From a virus, in IMG/VR virus record IMGVR_UViG_3300044591_001745, positions 1 through 64,000 of that record: 64,000 bases of DNA; one strand, given 5' to 3'. Every line of letters starts with the position of its first letter. Position 1 is the stretch's first letter. This document shows positions 32,222-44,200 of the stretch, piece by piece. The notes under the pieces were generated by a model, which was given only the letters and a program-made list of their open reading frames with translations, was not told the origin of the DNA and ran no database searches. The position numbers and the translations under genes were made by a program.

Positions 32222-35200
32222 TCATTTTGGTTTAAAGTTGAAACTACCTTCTGACTGCTTATTCATATTCTCAAAGGCTCTATCTACTTCACCTCTAACA
32301 AGCTCCTTAACTTTTTCTTCCATATTATTGAAAGTAGCGGTTCCATTAATATTCACGTTTACCTCATGTTTTCCTGTAATGTTAATAATTGGTGGAACAT
32401 TAAGCTTGGATAAAGTTTCCGCAAATTGAGTGAACTTGGTGGTAAAATCTCCTAAAGCTGTTAAGGCGGTTTCATCCAGTGTAATATTGCCAATATTTAA
32501 TCCACCTAGAGCTTCTCCAAAAGCAGTAACGCTAGTTTCAAACTGTTTAATAGCGGTCAATGTAGCGCTATCAAAGCCCATACTATATGAACTAGATACA
32601 CCGCCAGAGGATCCACCACCTTTATTTTCTCCACCACCACTAAAATACTTGGGATTAATTACTCCTCCGCGACTAGCATAACTAACAATCTGACCAGTGG
32701 TATTATTTCCATTATTAATGGCTTCTAAAATTGGCAAGTATCTTTGAGTGGAGTCTCTATTGATAACAAATTCGCCGGGGGTTAACATGGCTGGAACAGT
32801 ATCTGTTCCTTTAGGAGACCAATTTACAGGAGCAGCGCCTCCATCAGCACGATAAATAAGCCCTCCCTTGGCTTTATTGACTGCATTTCTTGTTTCTTCT
32901 TCTGTGCGTGGAGCTTCTGATGGAGGTACCTCAGCTTGATTAGGAGCATTTTTTGCTGCCTGATTAGCTACGTCTTCTGCGGTTTGCGGTTTAGGCTGAG
33001 ACGCAGCCTGAGCTTCTTTTTCTTGAACAGCCTTTTCTCTCAATAATGCCTCAACAGTATTTGTAGTGCCAGCTTTTCTATTCTTATTATAATAAAATCC
33101 ATACAAAGTGGGTTGTGCATATGGCATAAGATTTTCATCGTATATTTCCTGTAATCCAACCATTCCTGGACCACCTTCGCCATCGACAGTTAGGCCAGAG
33201 AAATTAGTAAATGCTTTATTAGCTGGCTCATAATTCATCTTCATTTTATTCCATAATTCATTACCTTTCTCAGTAAATACTCTTGGTAATGCATCAGGAG
33301 ATAAATTATTATCGTAAAAATCTAAAACTTGTTGTGCGGTAGCTTTCATCTGATCGCGTTTTTCAAAATCTTCTGGTGCTGTCGGAGATACGCTACCAAC
33401 AAATTGATTAACAAGGCCAACGAAAGCATTTTTATCTTTTAATGCCCCTATAAATGTTTCAGCATTAACGTCTGTCGGTGGAGTGATTTTTGCTTGGGTA
33501 GCCATAGCCGTTAAGGAAGAGATCAAACCATTCACTGATGGAACTACAGCAGGTTCAAATAGCTGCTCTCCTTCGCCAGCAACTGGACGCATCAAAAGAT
33601 CATCTCTATCCGTTAAGAAATCTCTTAGTGATATTAATTGTGGAGAATATTCTTCCCACAAACCAGCCCACCCAGCTGTTCCCGGATCTTTACTTTGTGT
33701 CCACTTTCTTGCATAAGTATCTGCATTTTTCCATAAAATATTTCCCAAAGTTTCTCTATATTTAGGTTCATAAACTTTACTGTCGTCTAAAAATTGAGTT
33801 AATATATCGTCTATTGTTTCTGGAATCTGTATGTCTTCTGTTCCTGTTGCTGTAGCAACCTTCATCATCATCATGTCAGGATCTGCTGTTTTTCCAGCCA
33901 TAAACTCTGAAGCTTTTTTCTCTGATCCAAAAGCAGCGAAGTTAGATTGTAATAATGCCATTTGTTCAGAGCTTATTTTGGCTAAATTATTGCCTGTCAC
34001 TAATTGTTTAAAGCGTTGTGCTGTGCGTACTTGATTAGCAAATCCTAAGATATAATCAACAAATTTTGGATCCCTAACAACTTCTGGAACATTCCAAAAC
34101 TTTTTAACTAGCTCTTTGCCTGATCTTTGATCTGTTTCTTTTTCTTTGAGTAGATATTTTTCTAGATTACCAGATTTAGAAAATAACGTATAAAGTCTCG
34201 TGCTTGCTTGTCCAATAGATGTTCCTTCTGATATTGGTCGTTCAGCATCAGATGCTAGTTGACTAAAAAATCTGCCAGCGCTCATATATTGACCAAGCGC
34301 TCCTTCAGAAGCTAAAGTCTCAACTTTTTCTCCTTGATTTTTATCGTAAGCTTCCTGTTCCAATTGCAAAGCTTTTCCTTTAACCCATGAGATATAATCA
34401 ACGGCTGCCATTAGATCGTCTTGAGTGCTGATACTTCCCGGAGGAGCTACTCCATCATTAGAAGCAGCCTTAGCCCAATCGGCAGCACTAGATAATGAGC
34501 CCATAGGAATATTAATATTTTTAATCTTGCTCCAAACAGGAGCAGCTAGCATAGGAATTTGTTCAGACTTAAAGTGAATTAAACTGGCTTCTTTTTCCAT
34601 CTGGGCCTGTCTAGTCTTTCTGTCTGTCAAAGCTTTCCTAGCTACAATTCCTTGAACTAGTTCAATAATATTAGGAATTTTAGCTAAAATAGGATTCTTG
34701 GCATCTTCATAAACCGGATTAAGACCCGACAGGAAACTATCGGTATAGAACAAAGCATTTTGTCTTAATAAATATGCAGCAGCACTATCCTCAGCATCTG
34801 ACCCTTGAGCTTGATCTTGTCCAGGCTTGGCTTTTCTGCTGGTTCTAGCACCTCTGACATATTCAGCTGACTGCATAGCAGCCTCTGCCATAATAGGCTG
34901 ATATCCACCAGCTAAAGTCATGCCAAGAATACCCCAATCTGGAATATTAAAATTAGCCAAGGCCCATTCATTGACGGCAGCTTCCATTGCTGCTTCACTG
35001 CTATAATATGGCAATAATTTTTCTGCTCCTGGTCCCATAGATTGAAAAGGATTAATTCCTCCTTCTGCTTTATTGCGACCAATAATGTGGACACCTTTCA
35101 TTGGAGTGTCGGATGGCTCAAAAGGAGGTCCGGGTAAAAATTTAGTTTTGGTTTGACCATCTATATCTACCGTGGCAGGATCTAATAGAGGAATTTGTTC

Positions 35201-38200
35201 GAATGGTCTATATGAAAATTGAACTGGTACAGGAAATTTTGAATTAGGTAAATCTATAAGTTTATCAAATGTTGCCGCTGTCTTGACTTTTAATCCTATT
35301 TGAGAGGCCATTGCAGCTTCTTGTTGTGCTTGAACAGATTTTAGCATATCGTCTGGAACTATATCTATCGTACTCCAAGGAAGCGGATCATATTGATTAG
35401 AAGGTTTGCCTTCTTGATATATCTTAAATCCATTCTCTGCTGTATAGTCCCACATTTTCTTTTGCTCAATAGCATTTTTAATGGCTTCGTTCGTATCTTT
35501 TGCTGCTACAAGACTCTTCCACGATGGCCTCATTGCAGTACCATAAACTGTCAAATTACCTGAACTTTTACCAGTAGCTCCTTCTCCTGGCTTATCTGAT
35601 GATCCAGCAGACGAACTCCAACCAAATGAAGAACGAACACTATCTTTAATTTCTGATTGCTTAAAGTCGTACTTTAGTCTTGTTCCAGATTGTAAGGCTC
35701 CAAGAATCTTAGAATATCTGCCTTCTTTGGCTTTTGACGGGGTTTCTCTTGTCCAATGAGCAGAATTAAAATTATCTGGGGTCGTAGTTTCGGCCTTTAC
35801 TTCCTTAAGACTGTCGTAATAACTTTGCAAAGCATCTTTAACAACGGAAAAATCTTGAACATTAGTGTTTGCAGCAGAGTTATCAATTTTTACTGCTTCA
35901 GCTAAATATTGTTCTGTAATTGCGCTTTTCTTTGGATCATTTTCATCCAGAGTAGGATAGCCATCAGTTCTAAACTGTAATAAACCTCCTGCTGAATTTC
36001 TTTTTGGAAAAGCATCCTTAGGAACTTCTTTTCCTTGACTTAAATAAGCATACATATATTCTTTATCTTTAGACATTGCAGTTGGCCCAAAAGAATAAGT
36101 AGTGTATGCTCCGCTACCTGATGTAGATACTTGGGCTTCTGGTGGGTCGGTTCTTAGCTTCCATTCATCAGCCTTAATAAAAGAATCAACCCATTGTTTT
36201 AGTGCTTTTTCTTGAGCTTTGGCTTCTGTTAAAGATATATGATCTACACTACCTTCTCCATCAATCAATCTTAAGGCAGTATCCTTATCCCTAAACTGCA
36301 TAGGATAAGAAATCCCACTATCTACTGCTAGCTCTTGTAATTTTTGACCTATGCCTTTAACTTCTACGGGAGTAGCTCCATCGTATATAGCCTTGCCGGC
36401 TCCTACTACAGCGCCAGTTGCAGCTAGTCCCGGAACAGCATTTCTTGCTGCCGTCCTAACTCCTTGTTCTAAGGTCTCTCCTCCCATTCTAATCGCTGCT
36501 TTTTCGGATACTCTGGCAGTCATGCCTGTAGCAGCTGATGTTGCTTCAGCAGCAGCTTTAGCAGAAGACATTCCTAGTTTTTTCTTTATGGAGTTGGGAA
36601 TAAATCTCATAAGAACATCTACAGTGTTCCCGTTCAAGAATCCTGCCATCTTATCATATAGACCTGGGGCAAATTTTTGGAAAATACCAGGAATTAATTT
36701 ACCGCCAGCGGATGCTAATCTTTTAAAGCCAGGTACCCATTTTAATGCCCAGCCAAGAGCCTTTGTAACACCCTTTCCTACTACTCCAGCGCCAGGAATA
36801 GGAACTAAATTAAATACAGCGCTCAATCCTTCTAGGGCTGCTCCCAAAATATTTCCTTTAAATAGTTCTCTTACGGCGTCTATTCCGGATACAACAGCAC
36901 CCAAACCAGGAACAAATTTCATAGCCTCCCATATCCATCCTCCAACATTGCCTCCAATTCCCATAGGAGCACCATCAACTTCACCACTATTATTCGCTGC
37001 TGTTGTGGCAACAACCTGTCCTAACCTTCCTGCTGCTGCATTTTTTGCGGCAATACCGGCGGCGGCCCCGAGACCAGCCCCCTCTAATGTTTTATTTACT
37101 ATTTGCCTAGATAGATAAAAATCTGGCAATATTCCCATTTCTGCCTGATTACCCTTCATAGACCCTGTTCCTATAGTTCCAGCACCAAGAGCATTGGCTA
37201 CATCAGCAGAAGAACCATTAAAAGTAGGATATGAATAAGGCTTATAGAATTGCAAGCTACCTTTATCTGCATCTAGCCCAGCAATATTTTTGATAACATC
37301 ATTTCCAGAACCAAATTTAGAAAAATCATTCCATGTTGTATATAGCTCTCCTGGTTTACTATCTGTAAATCTATCTTTTTCTGGTTGAAGCATATCGCTC
37401 ACCCAACCACCCTCTGCTAAATATTTTACGGGTCCTCCTTTTGCGTATCCATTATTAATAGCTGTTAACAATGACTTATTCGACGATGCGGCTTCTTTGT
37501 TTACAACAAATTCTCCTGGCGTTAACATTGCCGGAACTGTGTCTGTTCCTTTTGGTTTGAATATAGATCCGCCAACAGCTTTATATGTAACTGTTCCTCC
37601 TCTAGCGAAAGGCATGGCTTCCCCGCCTCCTGCTGCGACATTAGTTACTTTGGTAACTCCATTTTGTAAATGGGTGTTGAGAGTGTTAATTCCCTGGCTG
37701 ATATCTTTTAGATTAGCATTTGCAGATGCTTGTTGTACGCCATTAAGCGCATTCTGGAAAGCTTGCTGAGAATTAGCTCCTATTTGTTGAGCAAGATTGC
37801 CATCCAACATAGCTAAATGCTCATTAGCTTTAGCTTGTAGTTCTGTTGCTTGTTTGTATTGATTGATGGCTTCTGCCATCTGGGGGTCGCCTTCTGGATT
37901 TCTTAATCCTTCTAATACCTTATTGAACATGGGACTCATTTCTGTCCCTGATTCTCTCATCATAGACTCTAGCATATTGGCTTTCAACTGATTTTGATTT
38001 TCTCCCAACATAGGAGCCAACATCTTAAATGCTTCTAATGTATCGCTTCTGTCTTGTGCAGCAGCAGAATCAGCGGCTTCCTGTGCTTCTTTCATACTGG
38101 CACCGCTTTGTAAAGCCTCGTTATAGGCTTCTTGCACTCTTACGGACTCCCACATATTATTGGTTTGGCCGTTCATGTTGCGTTCTAAACGATCAAAAGC

Positions 38201-41200
38201 ACCGCTTAACTTGGCTTGGTCCTTGGGAGATGAGGACACATATCTTTCTAGTATATTTAGTCCTGCTTCATTCTTAGCTCTTAGTTCTCCAATTTTATTT
38301 AGAGCTGCTTGAGCTACTTCTGTGCTTTCTGATAGTCCTTTAAGAGCAGCATAATTTTCCCTTAAAGACATAGTTGTAGATGCTAACTCTCTGTTAAATG
38401 CTACTATATCCTTTTGATTTCTTGGTCCTCCTTGGGACGCATTGTTCATTGACGCTTGTTGTCCTTGTCTTAATTGTTCTAATCGTCCTATATTATTAAA
38501 TATCGCTTCTGGGTCTGTTGTTCCAGCCTGACTCATAACTCCAGCCCTAGCGTCTCTCTTACTAGCGGTAAAAGATATAGTTTTTCCTAGAGCTTTTGCT
38601 AGATCTGTTTCTCCACGAGCGCGAATATCAGAAGCTCTTCTGAATTTCTCGTTAGAAGAAATCTGAGTATTCACCATTTCATTTGTGGCTTGAGCATAAC
38701 TATTAAGCGACTCTTGGTAAAATTCTAATGCTTTGACTGCTGTTTCTTGTGCTCTCTTAGTGGCTTGAATAGTCTTGCCAAGAGCCGATGACTCATTAAA
38801 CAGCTGCCTAAAGTCTTTTTTATCATCACTGCTGGTTCTTGACGAAGTGACGTCCGCTGCTACTTGACGAGATAAAGTTTGTTTTAGCGCAGCATCAATA
38901 TTTAATTTTCCAAGTTCATCTTCTATATTTTTACCTATACGAGCTTCTATTTTCCCGCTACTAGCTTTTGGATCTTGTTCTATTGTGCTATTAATTGTTG
39001 ATAGTATTGTTTCTTCCAATTTTGGACCAAATTCTAATAAGCCCTTCATATTAGCGGCTTGACCACCAAAAAATTGTGAACCTACATTTGCAGCAGCAGA
39101 TCTATCTGTTTGACTAGAGACATTCGGATTTTGCAGAATATTGAGTGCGTCTATCCTAGCTGCCCCTACCTTAGCATCTCCAGTCATAGATGCTTGCATC
39201 AAATCTGTAGCATCGGCTAATTTGTTTAAAGAATGTGTTACAGAATTAATGCTCTGCTCCATATTACTGAGCATTCTTTCCAAGCCATATAATAAACTAC
39301 TACTTTGTCTGTCTGCCTGTTCACTATTTCGTTGTCTAATAGCTTGAACTTCTTGTTGTCTAACAGCATTAGATGCTGTAAATTGTATTAGTTCTTGTTT
39401 ACGCGCTTCTCTGACTTGTCTAGATACACTCAAATCTGCATCTATCAACCTTAAGCTTTCTTCTACTTTAGCATTAGATCTAGCCAGTACTTCTGCTTGT
39501 TGAGCCCAGCCCGGATCCTTCATTATGTCTGAGGATGTTTCTCCAGCCTTAAATCTAGCGGAGTTTTGCTGTTCTATCATAGAGGCTACTTTTGCAAATT
39601 GCTCCGATGATTTAGCTGCATTTTGTGGTGCTAGTTCTCTGGTATATTGCTCTTGTGTGCGGCCCGTTACATCTAAAAGAGACCCAAAATAAGCCATACT
39701 GCCTTTTTGACTTAATATATCTGCTCTCTGAGATCGTCCTTCTTGGGAACCTCCACCAAGAGCTAGTGTTTCTCCAATTACATTAGATGTACTCCATTGA
39801 GGATTAGTTTTGCTAATATCTGCTAATGTCTTTGCAGCAGATGCGGCTCTACTTATTTCCATTCCAGCCGATTTTAACTGATTGGCATTCTCTACGGTAT
39901 TTTGATTATAAGAAGCCAATGCTTCTGATGCATTCTTCAAACTATTTTCTAGAATCTGTGTAGCTCTTTCTAATTTATTCCTACGCAAAGTATCTGTAAT
40001 TGCTATAAAAGCAGATGCTGCTGCGTTAAATGCTCCGACGACCAAAGCAGCAGGACCGGCCAAAGCAGATAGTGAACCAGTAATGCCACTTATCACTTTA
40101 GGTAGATTGCCCGCTAACTTACCTACCATGCCTCCTCCAGTATCAAGTCCGCCACCTATACGGCCAACAATGTTCTTTAAAAATCCAGGACTCATTCCGT
40201 CTGCAAAAGTAGATACTCTTCTACTGGCATCGATTAATGTTGAGGAGAAATTTGATAATGTTTTGGATGCGTCTTCAGAAGTACCTGCCTTTGCTATGAA
40301 TTCTAATCCTTTATTAAATCCATAGAATAATGCCTGAGTATTTCCTATGCTTGTAGACAATGATGATAGTGTACTACCAACTAAAGTAGTAGAGCCGACA
40401 AATTGACCCAAAGCACTAGTAGCAACAGCAGCCGCGCCACTATACAACAAAGACTGTTTTGTCATATTCTGTATAGCTACTACATTATCTTGTATAGATT
40501 TAGCATAATCAGTATTATCTGGAACAGTGGTCGATCCTCTTGCTGTAGACTGAGCTGCTGTTCTCATTTCTCCAGAGGATAGTACTGCCCCTCCTCTAAC
40601 AGAAGCCATGCGACTCCTAGCCTCATTAATTGCATCAGCCTGATCGGCAGTTGCTGATGTTAGTCTATTCTGAGCAGCAGCTTGCACAGCAGCAAATGCA
40701 GCGGCGTCTGCTCTTGCTTTTGCTTCGCTTGCTGTAGCTCCTGCTAATCTTTGTTCCTGATATGTTTGTAGTTTCGTTGCTTTGGCTGCTTCTTCTAGCT
40801 CCATCATATATCTTTGTATCGCTGCTTCTGCATCTCCAGCAGGAGGACTGCCCGGTGGACCTCCACCAGCAGGAGGACTAGGAGGTGATGGTGGAGAAGT
40901 TGGTGGTCCGCTAGGAGCAGGAGTTGGTGCGGTAGAGGTAGCTGCCGAGCCGATGATATCATCTTTTGTTATACCGCTGGTAATTGCTAAAAATGCATCT
41001 AGAGCAGCTTTATTTTTACCAAGACTTTCTGCCATTGCTTTGGCACCGATATCTACAAGCTCAAATGATGGAATATTGTTTGCCTTGCCTCCTCTTTGAC
41101 CTCCTCCAGTTACCTCATATCCAACCATTCTTTGAACCATTTGCAATACCAATTTAGGATCTTGCATAGGATTACCCAAACGATATTTATCAGAACTCTT

Positions 41201-44200
41201 ATCTGGATTTTCGTTCATATGCAACTGTTTGCCAATATCCCACGTTGCCCAACTTTCGCTTTGACCAGCGATACTAGGAGCTTGTCCAATTCCTGACATA
41301 GCAGTAGAGAACATATCTCTCATTTGAGAAACTAAGGCATCGACTTTGGTATTGTCTTGTTTTGTTAACTCTTCTGCATATTTTTGACCGGAAGGGCTGA
41401 TTGCGGTATCTGTTTGTCCGCTAACATCGCTATAATTCATGCGTTTGCGATAATATTCAGTATCTCTTACTGGTAAAGGCGGCAATGGAGGTGGAGTGAT
41501 AGTAGGAGGAGATACTGATATTGGCTGTGGAGAAGTACCAACAGCAGCTTTCATAGCGTCTGATGCTGATACTGGATTTCCTGCATTTCTGTTGGCTAGT
41601 CTTGCCTGTCTAGCAGTTAATGTGTCCTCTTGCATTCTTTGGAGATCTTGTGAAGAATATCCTTCTGATTTAGCTATAGATTGTTCTTGAGTAGCTACTC
41701 TGGATCTATTAATTTTATCTAATTCTACCACTACTCCTGTAGACATCTGTCTAAAAGCTTCTACTATATCTGGACCCAAAGAATCAGTTTGTTTTCTAAT
41801 GCTTGACATAGACCTTTTGACAGTGCTCATAGCGGCATTCCATGATGATGTGTCTAATAGGACACTAGCATCAGATAATGAACCGATAGTAACACCAAAA
41901 GCATCTTTTAATTCTTGCGGAAATGACGATATGATACTGTCTATTCTATTTTGTATTTGTGCTAATTCTTTAGCATTAATTGCAACAGTTTCTACTCTTT
42001 GTAATTCTCCACCATCAGCAAACTTTTGTATTCCTATAGCCCCGCCCTTATTGAAGCCCAATGCTTCAGTGGCTTTTTTCCTAATAACAAAACTTCCTAC
42101 TGGCAATCCTACTGGACCAAAAGAATCAGTATTTCCACTACCAGGAACTATACCAACGTCTCCACCACCAGCATATCTACCCATGCCATTTTTATCGGCA
42201 TGATTCATACGACGCAACCTACCGTATCCTATTTTCTTAGCTAGTTTTGGACCAATTACAGCTTCTCCGGGAGTCAACAAAGCTGGAACACTACCTCCTT
42301 CGGCAAATCCTCCGGTTTGTAGTCCTTGAGCTTGACGTTGAAAGAATTGCATGGCCATTGTTCTAGAGTCTTGTTTCTGGTTTGCTCTAGTAACAGATTT
42401 GGGATCATTAATTAAAGAGGGACTCTTAGTATATCCGCTTTGTAGTACCCATGCTAAGTCTGTTGGGGGTGGCCAAGTTTCTCTTCTACCATAAAGTTTA
42501 GGATCTATAAGCGCGTTATTTTTTGTCCAATCTTCAGGTTCTAATGGGACTTTTTTAACGTCTGATCTATTTTTGAAATAATATTCCCATACTTTTTTTG
42601 CATCTCCACTAACCATAGCCCTATCTGATGTAAGCATAGCTCCTTGTTCTGTTGCTGCTTCCATAACAGCATCATATAATTTAGGACCACCGCCTCCAGT
42701 AGCTTTAGACAATCCAACAGTATACAGATTGTTTTTGGCTTTTTTAGCCATAACAAATCCCGACACTGTATCATTTTTAACATATCCAGCATTTATTGTA
42801 GATCCATCAGATGTTAGAGATATGCGTGGATATTGTTTTTCTTCTTTACGAGCTGGCTGCTGATTATTTCCATCTCCTAATATTTCTATATTAGATGGCT
42901 TTAATGGTGATTGTCCAACATACTTTAAAACTAAACCGTATGGTTTTTGGAATAGTTTACTCTCGAATTCATTAACTAATGCAGGGTCTCCGGCTGTTAA
43001 TCTCTGCATTAATTTGCCAATAAGTTCGCCCTCTCTAACATTCCCGTCGGTACCACTATAAAGCGTTCTTCTCGCACCGCCTTGAACTGTATATTGTTGC
43101 CCGTCATCTCCGGTAAGCGTTTGTGATCCTTCTTGTACTCTTATGCCAGATGACATAATTCCTTTTTCTAGGTTCTTATCAACTTTACCCAATAGGCTAA
43201 TCGGAGCATCATCTTTCATGGATAGCGTTGGCTGTATTTTATCAAAATTTTCAGTCATCCATTTAATGATTAAAGACTTTTGCAATTCATAGTCTAGATC
43301 ATAATTTTCTGGTGTAAGAGCTTCATTGAATGTTAACACCATCGGTTTCCCTGTTGTGTCCCCAGAAACAACGGTTCCAAAACCGCCGCCAGCAACTCTC
43401 ATTTTGGCTTGAGTAACTGCCCTGTCTTTTTCTGTGTAAACATAAAATCCTGCTCCTTGCCCATAGCCAGTAGCAATATTGCTTAATGCTCCTTTTTCTT
43501 TGAAGCTATTAAGGACACTATCATTAGTTCCGGTATTACTACCATGAAATAAACTAACTATTCCACCACCGGCAAATCTGGCGATATTTGGATTTTCTAA
43601 AAAATATCTTGCAAACTCATTACGTGCTCTTTCAAAAGCACTGCCATCTAATGTTCTCTTTATTTCTGTAGGCAGATCGGGATCTAACCCGAAAAATTGT
43701 GCAGCGCGTCCAAGCCCATTTGGGAAGTCGATAGCTCTATTCGATTCAAGTTGATCGATGGGTGGAAGATTAGCTCCTAAAAGTGCCAGGGCTTTTTCTA
43801 TAACTGCGCCTTCTATATTGCCCTGACCCATTAATTCATCTAATTCTGGTTTGGCTTTCGGCTCAGTATATAAGAATCCTTTCTTTCCACTCTTAGATAC
43901 GGCATTTAAATTATCTAGACTATCATCTATTAATTTTTCTGTTTGCGCTAAATTGGCTGCCTTCGCTGCTGCTATATTGGTAGATGCTCCTGAGCTTACT
44001 CCTGTAATATCTGATTCTTTGTATGGTAGTCCAAAAGTTTGCAAAGTTTTTGCGAGTAAATCGGCAGTTGCTTGTGGTCTTGCGGTCAATATACGAGTTT
44101 GTCTAATAAAATTAGGATCTTCATCTATAAGTGTTTTAAGTTTTGCTCCTAATCTAGTTAATTTAGCTTTTTTAAGAGCTTCTGCTACAGCATCCCTATT

